Assembly: GCA_951406725.2 (NCBI GenBank)
Contig: OX597817.1
Span: forward strand, 14,198,001 to 14,262,000
Reading direction: 5' to 3'
DNA length: 64,000 bases
Origin: Octopus vulgaris
Lineage: Eukaryota
Below, piece after piece: positions 1-12,153 of this stretch. The number at the start of each line of letters is the position of its first letter. The first letter of the stretch is position 1. Made by a program: the position numbers and the translations under genes. The notes below the pieces were generated by a model. It was not told the DNA's origin and made no database searches. It saw nothing but the letters and a program-made list of their open reading frames with translations.

Positions 1-1
1 C

Positions 2-404
2 CATTACAGATGTGTTTCACTAAGGAGCAAGTGAGACGAACTGGCTACAATCAGTCAAGTGGAAAAAGCTCTGGGGGATATTGTAAAAGATGTGGCTCAC
101 GTACAAAGAGAAAGGCAGTTTGCTAGTATCGAGATTCTCTTCAAAGTAAAGACTCGCATCTTACTTTTCAAGAGGACCTCTATGTGACATCCCCTTGGAG
201 TGAGGAGTGTATTATGTATTCGATGTACCTCATAAGAACTGTCAGGCTAAGGATATCGAGTATTGCACCTGGTGTGAACATCTGGTAGATCATGGCCTGC
301 GTTGTCTTAAAGGACCCTTAGACACTCCTATAGATCAAATGATGCAGCAGAGAGTAAAAGTTCGGGATAAGCCGAGAGATTCTACTCCATGTGAAGCCCG
401 GTAA
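2..404 (+). pseudogene. Decayed fragment of ORF1/gag-like retroelement family (homologous to 3685-4671)
   Basis: Frame from base 2 reads HYRCVSLRSK*DELATISQVEKALGDIVKDVAHVQRERQFASIEILFK, which aligns by eye to YRPYATATRKIEVVSKAQVEKAVKSVRQEIAYLARGRKYGTV*VQFK at ~3738-3879. Confidence 0.6.
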
Positions 405-949
405 CATAGAAAAAATTTTGGACCTTATTCATTTGTCCAACAAGGTCAAACATCGTATGCATGTGTTTTCCATTTTACTTTCTAAAACTTTACAAGATGA
501 TGCTGAAATAGTTAAGTAAATTTCTGAGCTTTTTGAATTGAATTTGTGAAGTGATACATTGTGAGCGCATCACTAGAGCTCCAGTTTTTATTTGCCAACG
601 ATATTTTATCACTTTAATCTTTAGATGTGTGAAATGTATTATGTTCATCCTGAGCCAAGCTGAGTCAAGTTTATTTTCACATTAAGTAAAAGAGACAAAT
701 ATCTCGTTCAAAGTAGGCGTCAATAATTGTCTGTGTTACCGATGCAATTATTTAAGTTTCGGCATGATTCTAACCGAAGAGCGGGATGCATGAAAAGAAT
801 GAATATCAATGCCAGTAATCTTATCAACAGCACCAAACAGCTACCTTAATGAGGGCCTTGTATTATATAAAACTACCTGTTTATTATAGTATACTAGCCA
901 TCTCAATATGGCTATACCATACCAAATACCTCTTTTTCTCTTTTTCTCT

Positions 950-1157
950 TTTTACTTGTTTCAGTCATTTGACTGCAGCCATGCTGGAGCACCGCCTTTA
1001 ATCGAGCATCTCGACCCCGGGACTTATTCTTTGTAAGCCTAGTACTTATTCTATCGGTCTCTTTTGCAGAACCGCTAAGTGACGGGGACGTAAACACACC
1101 AGCATCGGTTGTCAAGCGATGTTGGATGGGACAAACACAGACACACAAACATACACG

Positions 1158-1205
<48 letters not shown>

Positions 1206-1370
1206 TACGACGGGGTTCTTTCAGTTTCCGTCTACCAAATCCACTCGCAAGGCTTTGGTCGGCCCGAGGCTATAGCAGAAGACACTTGCCCAAGGTGCCA
1301 CGCAGTGGGACTGAACCCAGAACCATGTGGTTGGTAGACAAGCTACTTACCACACAGCCACTCCTGCACC
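950..1370 (-). mobile_element. tRNA-derived SINE, family A (internal CA/TA microsatellite)
   Basis: Minus-strand head has A box TGGCTGTGTGG and B box GGTTCAGTCCC, followed by GGCACCTTGGGCAAGTGTCTT. More than 10 related copies occur in the window. Confidence 0.85.
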
Positions 1371-2640
1371 TATTTATTCTTTCTCCTGCACCTGTTTGTT
1401 CTTTCTTTCTTAATCTATGAACCTTCTTGGAAGGAAGAATTCGCTGAACTTTTGGAAGTCATCATCCATGTTGAAATCTATAAACATGGTAACAGAAACC
1501 TAACCTTTCTGAACATCTCAGTAAAATGTCTTCAGTAACTGAATTCATATAATAAAATAAAAACAATATTCCAACGTCGAGCTAGTTAAATAAAGAAGAT
1601 TTAAACATTTTATCATATATTGCTCGTTGTTGCCTTGCACTTCAATTGACTTCAATAAGTTCAATAGCGTCCTATTTTTTTAATAAAATAAATATTCAAT
1701 ACGAATATCTACGTTGAAATTGAGTAATATTTTATTTAAAGTTCAAAGCTTTGATGTTTAAAAAAAATCTATGATGATTATGACTTCTGATAATAATAAT
1801 GAAGTTATATCCGATGTGAGGTGTAAGGCTTCTAAATAGATGCTAAATAACAAATGCAGATTGCAGTGATTCAACTGCATGGTGAGGAAAATTATCATTA
1901 AAATTTCATTTGTAAAGCATAGATTTAGCTTTGTTCTCGTATATTTTATTTTGAAGTATTTTACTTGATCAAGATAAGTATGGCTTCAGAAATAGAAGGT
2001 CAGATCTTATTTATTTTCTTGTCGAATTTCTAGTGACTTCAAAGAAGATATATTTACTTTGGCTGTTGTAGATGGTGAATCAATAATATAGATATGTTGA
2101 TTTTCTCACATTGGCGCGAGGTCACAAATCTGAAGGAAGCAGCGTATAATTGATTAACTTTGGCCCTTGCAGTGACTACTACTTATTCCCTTATTTTTAT
2201 CGACCACGGTGTTGAAAAAGAAAAGGCGAAATAGTCCTCTACACAATTGAACCACAAATGTGAAATTAATGAGCTATATGCTGAAAGTAATTTAATTAAA
2301 CGTGCTATCGTCTCAACGACACTTCCCCCTCTAACAATATAGAAATATTGTTATTTGAAGCAATATGTTCATGGTTATTAATTGATGGGTTTCCAATATC
2401 TAATTGTGTGTATCTCAAGGTAATATTCGCACAATTCTTAATCGTGCTAACATTCTTGTTTTCTTTGAAAGAAGCACATTTCAATGCTTAAACTCACAGC
2501 TGGTGACATCTGCAGTTTTATGCAAGGCAAAAAATACTAAGCTCATTCATCAAGGTTATAATGATGTACAGAATAACAATCTATAATTATACCTATTAAT
2601 ATATACATATATATTACACACTCACACAGACGTAGATATA

Positions 2641-3023
2641 CTCTTTTACTTGTTGCAGTCATTTGACTGTGGCCATGCTGGAGCACCGCTTTTAGTCGAG
2701 CAACTCGACCCCGGGACTTATTCTTTGTAAGCCCAGTACTTATTCTATCGGTCTCTTTTGCCGAACCGCTAAGTTACGGGGACGTAAACACACCAGCATC
2801 GGTTGTCAAGCAATGCTAGGGGGACACACAAACACACACATATATATACATACATATATACGACAGGCTTCTTTCAGTTTCCGTCTACCAAATCCACTCA
2901 CAAGGCATTGGTCGGCCCGGGGCTATAGCAGAAGACACTTCCCCAAGATGCCACGCAGTGGGACTGAACCCGGAACCATGTGGTTGGTTAGCAAGCTACT
3001 TACCACACAGCCACTCCTGCGCC
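2641..3023 (-). mobile_element. SINE family A
   Basis: Near-identical to 950-1370. Confidence 0.85.
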
Positions 3024-3052
3024 TATGTATATGTATATGTATATGTATATGA

Positions 3053-3213
3053 AGGCGGTGAGCTGGCAGAATCCTCAGCACACCGGGTAACATTCTTAAC
3101 GGCATTTTGTCCATCTTTACGTTCTGAGTTCCAGTTCCACCGAGGTCGACTTTGCCTTTCAGAGGTCGATAAAAAAAGTACTTATTGGACACTGGTGGGT
3201 GATGTAATCGACT

Positions 3214-3214
<1 letters not shown>
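3053..3214 (+). mobile_element. SINE family B (GGCGGCGAGCTGGCAGAA head; GAGGTCGACTTTGCCTTTC core)
   Basis: Similar to copies at 10649, 28077, 28791, 36937 and 56466. Confidence 0.75.
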
Positions 3215-3251
<37 letters not shown>

Positions 3252-3684
3252 AACTGTAGTCTTGGGCCCATGCAGCCATTTCATTTTCATTATATAACAA
3301 CATTTTCATTCGTTTTATGTTTTTTGTCGCTACTGTGTTATGGCCGTAGTGCCAAATAAAGAAAAGAGAAGCTAGAAAGTACATGACTTCCGGTTTATGG
3401 TTGTTCAGTTGCATTGTTGGATGTGTTTGGTACACACGTGTTTTTTTTTTTTTTTGTTTGCTATCCTAGTGGAGTGACGATTAGCCTCTTGATGGAGGGG
3501 CGTCGCGCGAGAAGTTGGGAAAAGTTGAAGTATTCTTCCCTAGAATATGATTCGTCTGAGGAGGAATCAAGATGGACAAGGAAATGGAGAAGAGGAATTA
3601 TGCAGCAGAAGCTAGAGAAAAAGTTGAAGAAATGAACCTGGAAGATTAGAGTGAGTTCAAGGGAGGAGAACGAGGTGAAGGTGT

Positions 3685-4671
3685 GTGTCCCCCCAAAAAA
3701 CAAAAGTATTAAAGGACAAGGAGGGCAAAACAATTGTGTACAGACCTTACGCCACAGCAACAAGGAAAATTGAAGTGGTGTCAAAAGCACAGGTGGAAAA
3801 GGCAGTGAAGTCAGTCCGGCAGGAGATAGCATACCTTGCCAGGGGTCGAAAATATGGAACGGTGTAGGTGCAGTTTAAGGAGATAGTAACAGCCAGACTG
3901 TGCTCGGCCACACCGCTGAAGGCAAATAAGGTGGTACTTCTACCCACGTACCTTGGGAGACGTACTTCCAGGATTCGGGTGGTAGATATACCGCCAGAAG
4001 TGAATGTGGCCTGGCTATTGGCTGCCATACTGCTGGGAATGGAAGAGAAGTTGGTGGTTCTGCAGGCCACCAGAACGCTCCACAAGCATTGGAAGAGACA
4101 AACCCTTGAAATGGTGGTACAGGTCATGGAGGTGGACTTGGAAAAAATAGTCGAACGTATCACAGTGGGAGAGTTGACTTTAAAGGTCAGAGTGGAAGGG
4201 AGGATTCCGCGATGTTTTAAATGTGGCCTGAAAGGCCACAATAGGGTGGAGTGTCCTCCACGACTAGAAAAGAACAAAGAGAAACAGGAGGGTAAAGTGG
4301 TTGATGTTACATTGCCTGTGGAGGAAGAAATAAGTGAGGTGAACTACAGAAGAAGACAGGCAGCAGTGTCGAGAAGGAGGAAGGCTCAAACACCAGTTGG
4401 GAAATGGTGGAGAAAAAGAGCAGGAAGAGGAGGAAAAACACACAATGTAAAAGATGACCCCCAACTCACACCCACCCGGCCCTCACCTACACCCACTCTA
4501 TCCCAACCACTTCCGACAGACACTAATTCTCTCCATGCCCAGTCTGACAAAAAAAACTATGGCAAACACACAGGAGCCTCAGACTACCCACACCCGCCCT
4601 GTAATGAAAAATTCGTTTTAATGTACAATGTACAATGGATAAAGGAACTGGATAAAGAAGTAAATTCGTGA
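3685..4671 (+). pseudogene. Retrotransposon ORF1/gag-like nucleic-acid-binding protein with CCHC zinc knuckle (in-frame stop at 3865-3867)
   Basis: ORFs 3685-3867 and 3868-4671 are in the same frame. CFKCGLKGHNRVEC matches CX2CX4HX4C, preceded by an RRM-like region and followed by a basic/Pro-rich tail. Confidence 0.75.
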
Positions 4672-4865
4672 GGCAGAACAGTCAAGGTGGATATAGCAGG
4701 TGTAAGGTGTTTGCCCGAGAACGATTATTGTTTGCTGACGGACCTGGAGTACCTGTGGAAAGTGCATAGGTATACAGAGAACTGTGACTGTAAATGGTGG
4801 TCCAAAAAATAGACACCACACAATACCGATAAAAATAAGTTACGTGGACATTTAAAAAAAATATA

Positions 4866-5289
4866 GGATCTTTTCGGTTTGAACGGCAGTTTTTTCTAGC
4901 GGTGTCATGAAATTGTTACCCATAATTATGACCCTAGAATCGATCTATTGCATTTCGATCTCTTTTAGGGTTAGGGTTAGGGTTAGGGTTAGGGGTGGGG
5001 GAAGGGTATCTTTTTTTCTTCACAAATGTAAATAAACTCAATGTGTTTCTTAAACGAGGGACATATTCATACGGCACAGAATGCTTTTTAACTCAATAGA
5101 CATATTTGATTGGTTGAAATTGCAGAAAATGAGAAAAAAACAACAAATATCTTACAAACTATAGCATTTTCTCAATAAAGCCAAGAGAAAAAGATGTTTT
5201 ATAAACACATTCTACCAGTATACGAAGTTTAAAATTTTTTAGTTACCTAGAAATTATGTTAAAAACCGCCGTTCAAACCGAAAAGATCC
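4866..5289. mobile_element. MITE (Merlin-like: GG termini, 8-bp TSD) with internal (TTAGGG)n
   Basis: TIR GGATCTTTTCGGTTTGAACGGCAGTTTTT at both ends; flanks aaaatata/aaaataga. Opposite orientation to the copies at 9140 and 11779. Confidence 0.85.
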
Positions 5290-6094
5290 AAAATAGAATA
5301 CAGACGTTTTGGAAAAAGATATGGATCAACTATTGTGTAAATAATTGTGTTCAAATGATGTATTAAATTGGCTGTTGCAAAGAGTAATGTAAATGGTGTT
5401 GCAACAGGTTCAATGAAGTCGCTTGGAGAGATACTTCATTTCATCTTTCATTGTATAATTTCATTCATTTCATTCGTTTTGTTTTTGCTTTCTTTTTTGT
5501 TTTTTTCTTTGTCCCCACCATGTGCTGTTCCCTCTGTGTAAGGCCTCTATGGTCATAAAATAAAATAAAGGTCGAGAGTACGTGTAGACTGTGCTGATAT
5601 AGCAATTATACAGTGATACTGAGTAGACGTTATAATGATCCAGCCTTTTGAGAATAATAACACTGTACGACTGGCGGTCGTACAGTGCCAGACAAAGCTA
5701 TTCTATCGACGACTTCTGAGTATAACAATATCTGCCAGAGCGACAACCGTCGTCAAAAGACAGATACAACAGTGGCGAAAGACCGCTTTACAACACATTT
5801 CCATCTCCAAGGAGTATAAAAAAAACGAACGAATGTCCATTTATGTTTATTTATCCTCTCCTAAAAACAAGATTTCGTAACTTTAAAATATTCCTCTTTT
5901 CAAAGGAATCTTTAAAGTGTATATTTACAGCATTCAGTTCTAAAACATCTTTCAATTGATTTCGTTTCTGATCCTCACCAGGTGTTTGATTCTTGGAGGT
6001 GGACATAGGCTCAGATTAAGTTCCAACGTTCTTTTCCATTTGCCACTAATGCATATACATTTGATAACGACATCAACTCAACGTGTCTAAACGC

Positions 6095-6377
6095 ATGGCG
6101 AAGTGGTTAGAGTGCTGCACTCAGGATCGCGAGATCGTGGTTTCAATTCCTAGACCAGGTTGTGTATTGTGTTCTTGAGCAAAACACTTCATCTTACGTT
6201 GCTCTGCGATAACTTCTACATCTGATGCGTGGTACACCATGCACAGGCAACGTCGATGTGATAGAGAGAGTGAGCTGATGTACGGTACATATATTTGATC
6301 ACTGTAAACAAATCATTTGCGCAGGTCGTCCGGCAAAAGCTGATTATTCATACGTCTTCCTCGACGGGAGGGTCCAT
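6095..6377 (+). mobile_element. tRNA-derived SINE, family D (old)
   Basis: TGGCGAAGTGGTTAG A box and GGTTTCAATTCC B box. A second partial copy lies at ~41945-42148. Confidence 0.6.
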
Positions 6378-6405
6378 CATATATGTGTATATATATATGT
6401 ATATA

Positions 6406-6612
6406 TTCTTTTATTTGTTTCAGTCATTTGACTGCGGCCATGCTGGAGCATTGCATTTAGTCGAGCAAATCCACCCCAGAACTTATTCTTTGTAAGCCTA
6501 GTATTTATTCTATCGGTCTCTTTGCCGAACCGCTAAGTTACGAGGACGTAAACGCACCAGCATCGGTTGCCAAGCGATGTTGGAGGGACAAACATACACA
6601 CACATGCATACA

Positions 6613-6697
<85 letters not shown>

Positions 6698-6783
6698 CCG
6701 TGATCACTGTGACCGACCAGGCTATCAGATGTTGCATTGTTTAAGCCTTCAAATGACGCCACCCCGCTGGCTAACCAAGCAGG

Positions 6784-6827
<44 letters not shown>

Positions 6828-6977
6828 ACGGGCTTCTTTCAGTTTCCGTCTACCAAATCCACTCACAAGGTTTTGGTCGGCCAGAGACTATAGTAGAAGA
6901 CACTTGCCCAAGATGCCACGCCGTGGGACTGAACTCGAAACCATGTGGCTGGAAAGCAAGCTACTTACCACACAGCC
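6406..6977 (-). mobile_element. SINE family A with nested ~95-bp SINE-tail insertion (6693-6787)
   Basis: Family A sequence on both sides. The insert is the reverse complement of the tail at ~27355-27473. Confidence 0.8.
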
Positions 6978-7368
6978 GCTATATTATTTATTTAAGGGTC
7001 ACAATACATATACTAAAGCGCTACTAATAGTTTCATTTGTTGAGAGATCTCAAACATATTCTACAGACGCAAACCGCATATCATAACTGAAGAATATGCT
7101 TGAGTTCTCTCAGTATATGAAACTATTAGTAGCGCTTTAAAACATGCATTGTGACCGTTAAATATATAATATTTACCTCTCACCAGATGGAGTACCTTTT
7201 TTTGTTGAATTTTCTATCACGGATCAGTACATTATATACATATATATACTCGAAAGATGAGTTAAGTCCACAGAACTATAATCATATTTTCAACTCATTT
7301 CATATATTCGAATATTTATACAATATGTCATACATACACAAGAAACACAAGGAAGAGTTAAACCATCG

Positions 7369-7741
7369 TGGAAGCACTCGGTCGGTTACGACGACGAGGG
7401 TTCCGGTTGATCCGATCAACGGAACAGCCTGCTCGTGAAATTAACGTGTAAGTGGCTGAGCACTCCACAGACACGTGTACCCTTAACATAGTTCTCGGGG
7501 ATATTCAGCGTGACACAGAGAGTGACAAGGCCGGCCCTTTGAAATACAGGTACAACAGAAACAGGAAGTAAGAGTGAGAAAGAAAGAGTACAGCAGGGAT
7601 CACCACCATCCCCTGCCGGAGCCTCGTGGAACTTTTAGGTGTTTTCACTCAATAAACACTCACAACGCCCGGTCTGGGAATCGAAACCGCGATCCTATGA
7701 CCGCGAGTCCGCTGCCCTAACCACTGGGCCATTGCGCCTCC
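7369..7741 (-). mobile_element. tRNA-derived SINE, family C (GGAGGCGCAATGGCCCAGTGG head; resembles octopus OR-type SINEs)
   Basis: A/B boxes present; 12-bp TSD agttaaaccatc at 7356-7367 and 7743-7754. Confidence 0.85.
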
Positions 7742-7987
7742 TAGTTAAACCATCATAGTGAGCTTATAACTAAATATTTAAATATCTAACTATCTAAATG
7801 GTGCCATTATCTCTGAGGGAATGCATTAAGTTGGCTGATGACCTGACGCGACTAAAACTGATTTGATCGCAGTCTTAGTAAGTCAAACAATAAGATAGAA
7901 AAAAAAAGGGAAGGAAAATAAACTTTGGCTCAGATTTCAACGAACACACTACAAAAGTTATAAGGCAACTAACTATTTGCAGAAAGA

Positions 7988-7988
7988 G

Positions 7989-8052
<64 letters not shown>

Positions 8053-8208
8053 CTCGCTCTCTCGCTCTCTCTCTCGCTCGCTCTCTCGCTCTTTCTCTCG
8101 CCCTCTCTCTCTCTCTCGCTCTCTCTCTCTCTCGCTCTCTCTCTCTATCTCCCTCTCTCGCTCTCTCTCTCTCGCTCGCTCTCTCTCTCACACACACACA
8201 CACACACA
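7988..8208. repeat. (CT)n/(CTCG) then (CA)n microsatellite
   Basis: Direct inspection. Confidence 0.95.
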
Positions 8209-9139
8209 TTTTTCTTTATGGTTTTAAATGATAGCATTGAATCGGGAAAAGTGATCTGAATGAAAGGCAAAAGAAAAGCATAGGGAAAAAAAAAGAGGTA
8301 AATAAATAAGGAATCAATGAGTGACCAAATACATACGCACGAACGTACACATATATACATAAACACATATACATGCAGATACAAAAAAAAAACGATAATA
8401 ATAATAATAATAATAATAATAATATTTCAATACTGTCTTTCTTATAAGAGAAAAAAAAGCTTTAGGTGTGAATGATCTTTTGAAACCAAACAGCGCCAGG
8501 GACAAAGGAAGCTGGGTGCTGGAAATGGTGTCACTATTGCTCTATTAAATTGCTGAACAAATACTCAATCATAATTATGTCATTAAAAGACATTTATAGG
8601 CGTGATAATTAGTCTAGAAAGTGGAGACAAATTATAATATCCTCTTTCCAACCAACCTTCACCACCAGTTCCCAACTTCGGTTTATCTCTTCAAGTTTTC
8701 ATTTTTGGCTTTTGCTTTTCGTTTGTTTTTTTTTTTTGTTAATGTTGTTTTTATTGTTTTTGATATTTAATATTTATCTTCTTGTTGTTGTTGTTGCTAC
8801 TGCTGCTGCTGTTAATATTATTACTAAGACGAAAACGCTGGAGTGGCACAAGCGGTAGACCACCGGAGTGTTTTGATATTGGTTAATTACGTCCCCGTAA
8901 ATTTAAGTTCAAATTCCACCGGAACTGACATCGCTCCTCATCGAAATCATTACCTGTCAGGTAACTGAGTCGATGCAATAAACCTTACTACTCTTCCTAA
9001 AGAAAACTGTATGGTCACCTTACCAAAAGAAATGTTGCTTTCATTTTTCTTAATAGTAGAAGGTGTGTCTACAACGATTAGGTAACAGTAAATTTAGATT
9101 ATTGGATTAAATTTTTCACAATATTTAGTCACATTTCTC

Positions 9140-9564
9140 GGATCTTTTCGGTTTGAACGGCAGTTTTTAACATAATTTCTAGGTAACTAAAAAATTTTAA
9201 ACTTCGTATCTGGTAGAATGTGTTTATAAAACATCTTTTTTTATTGGCTTTATTGAGAAAATTCTATAGTTTATAAGATATTTGTTGTTTTTTTCTTCAA
9301 TTTCTGCAATTTCAACCAATCACTCACATCTATTGAGGTAAAAAACATTCTGTGCCGAATGAATATGTCCCTCGTTTAAGAAACAGATTGGGTTTATTTA
9401 CATTTGTGAAGAAAAAAAGATACCCTTCCCCCCACCCCTAACCCTAGCCCTAACCCTAACCCTAAAACGGATTGAAATGCAATAGATCGATACTAGGGTC
9501 ATAATTATGAGTGACAATTTCATGACACCGCTTGAAAAAACTGCCGTTCAAACCGAAAAGATCC
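9140..9564. mobile_element. MITE (Merlin-like), copy 2
   Basis: Same TIR; perfect 8-bp TSD catttctc (9132-9139, 9565-9572); internal (CCCTAA)n. Confidence 0.9.
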
Positions 9565-9920
9565 CATTTCTCTGCAGAAATTAACTTTATCTTTCATCGC
9601 CGCTCATCTATTTATCTATATATCTGTATGTTATGAATGTATATACGTACGTATGTATATTTATACCTACGGGTAATAAATTAATCCGTCTCGGTACACG
9701 ATTTCTTTCCAATACAATTGATATACGTCACAACTTTGCGTCTCCTGCGAATGTTTAGGTGAGAAGCAATAATTTTTTTCTAATAGTAATTGAAAGGATT
9801 TGGTGAAGATATGTGGTCTAGTGCTTAAGGACTTCGTCCCAAGATGATAATATTATAGGTTCAATTCTTGAAGAGGGCGGTTCATTGTGTCCTTGAGAAA
9901 AGTACTTCATTTCAAGTACT

Positions 9921-10125
9921 TCATTGATTGCGGCCATGCTGGAGCACTGCCTTTAGTCGAGCAAATCCACCCCAGAACTTATTCTTTGTAAGCCTAGTAC
10001 TTATTCCATCGGTCTCTTTGCCGAACCGCTAAGTTGCTGAGAAGTAAACACACTAGCATCGGTTGCCAAGCGATGTTCGGGGGACAAAAACAGACACGCA
10101 AAGATACACACACATGCATATAAAT

Positions 10126-10169
<44 letters not shown>

Positions 10170-10203
10170 TATATATATATATATATGACGGGCTCTATTC
10201 AGT
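9921..10203 (-). mobile_element. SINE family A, 5'-truncated
   Basis: Matches the 3' two-thirds of family A. Confidence 0.75.
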
Positions 10204-10648
10204 TGTAATGGGTTCCATCCTGGCGGTTGCAAGGGTATCCTTTCTCCTTCCAACTACAAATCCGAGCAATTCTGCTTGGCCAAGGATGAGGGACGCTAAG
10301 AGGAAGTCTGTTTCTTCTCATGACTTCAATAATGACAATATTAGTTGTTGTTATTTTAGCTTTTTACCTATGTGTAGAGGGAACCGAGGTCACATTATAC
10401 ACTATATCCTTTTCTAGTACGGTGGGGAGGGATTTGTGGAAGATTTGGTTGCTACTTCTAGCAAAATGAGTGGCATTATTGTAGCTCCCTCCACCCACCG
10501 GACTCAATTTTCCTATCTTCCTGACGGGATTCATAAAATTATACCAGATGTACCCTTGAACTGATTTAAAGAAGTGTAGCCCCTTAGAAAGATTTGTAAC
10601 CCTTACAAATTTTAGAAATCAAAGTTGATACAGTATCATAAACTACAT

Positions 10649-10872
10649 GAAGGCGGCGAACTGGCAGAATCGTTAGCACACCGGGCGAAATGCTTAGCAG
10701 TATTTTGTCTGTCTTTACGTTCTGAGTTCAAATTTCGCCGAGGTCGACTTTGCCTTTCATAATTTCGGGATCGATAAATTAAGCACCAGTTGCGTACTGG
10801 GGTCCATCTAATCGACTGGCCCTTCCCCCACCCCACACCAATTTCGGGCTTTGTGCCTAGAGTAGAAAAGAA
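10649..10872 (+). mobile_element. SINE family B monomer
   Basis: 15-bp TSD tatcataaactacat (10634-10648, 10873-10887). Confidence 0.9.
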
Positions 10873-11778
10873 TATCATAAACTACATATTTTTATTGAAC
10901 CAAAGCAAAGTCTATGCTGACGGAGTTTGGACTCAGACCATGAAATGACCTTATATACTTGAAAGTACGCCGAGTACGCTAATTGTTGAGTAGTCTGAGG
11001 AAACCCAGAACCCTTAGTCGCAGCTTTTATCATTGTTTCTTTAGATAATCCTGGCCCTTTGTATCTGAATGCATATCGTGCCGAAGTCAACTTAGTCAAT
11101 AAAATAAAGTACTGGAGTTTGATGTAACCGACTGTTTTCTCATCCCAAAATTCTGGCTTTGTACCTATGTGACTAAGAGTTGATATTTCTAATATAAGCG
11201 TAAATTGACGCCATCAATTTGTGACGATCATGCTTTTTCTAATGTTATGTAGTAAGTGTAGTAAGTATCCGAGAATTGAAACCCGATTAAGGAGTCGGTT
11301 CATCGAGTATTTACTTCTCACCGTGTTGCATGCTACTCTATTTTTTTATTATTGAATTCTTTTTCTTCAAATGTAGAGATGACATAGCCAGGTACATAAA
11401 ACTATCGTATACCACCCCGGGCATGTTGTGTCCAAGCATTTTGCAAGCGTTTCGCTGTTTCTTTTTGAAAATATTAGCTTATATACCTATGTTCACTTAC
11501 ATGACAGAAATAGGTTCCTTAGCTAATGGGAAGATTATTTACAACAGAATGATTTCTTGTCCGGGGAAATATTTGTATCTCAGCCACTTAAACAAAATTA
11601 AATAAAGGCTCGACGGATTCACAAATTTGAGGGTTTGTGAATATAAGGAAGAGCTCTTATCTGAGTATAAGAGGATATTATTTGAACCTGATACTTGACT
11701 GATGTTACTGCATGTATTTAAATACTGTAAGAAATTTGGTCCGTTGCCTTACCGATCCCGAAGCTTACTAACAATGAG

Positions 11779-12153
11779 GGATCTTTTCGGTTTGAGCGGC
11801 AGTTTTTAACATAATTTCTAGGTAACTAAAAAATTTTTAACTTCGTATACTGGTAAAATGAGTTTATAAAATATATTTTTCTCTTGGCTTTATTGAGAAA
11901 ATTCTATAGGTTGTAAGATATTTGTTGTTTTTTCTTTCTTCAATTTCTGCAATTTCAACCAATCACTCACGTTCATTGAGGTAAAAAAACATTCTGTGCC
12001 GTGTGAATATGTCCCTCGTTTAAGAAACAGATTGGGTTTATTTACATTTGTAAAATAGATTGAAATGCTAGGGTCGATACTAGGGTCATAATTATGGGTG
12101 ACAATTTCATATGACACCGCTAGAAAAAACTGCCGTTCAAACCGAAAAGATCC
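11779..12153. mobile_element. MITE (Merlin-like), copy 3, lacking the telomeric-repeat segment
   Basis: Same TIR; perfect 8-bp TSD acaatgag (11771-11778, 12154-12161). Confidence 0.9.

Larger units (their letters stand above)
3385..5570 (+). mobile_element. Putative ORF1-only (HAL1-like, L1/Tx1-related) non-LTR retroelement, interrupted by MITE at 4866-5289
   Basis: Starts GACTTCCGG, has a single gag/ORF1-like reading frame, a T-rich 3' UTR and an AAAATAAAATAAAG end. No RT or endonuclease sequence is visible. Confidence 0.55.

Noticed and set aside
4964-4993. (TTAGGG)n as a telomere or chromosome-fusion scar
   Set aside because: Only about four units, internal to a MITE that recurs at 9140.
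7835-7885. CTGATGA as a hammerhead core
   Set aside because: No correctly placed GAAA or supporting stems.
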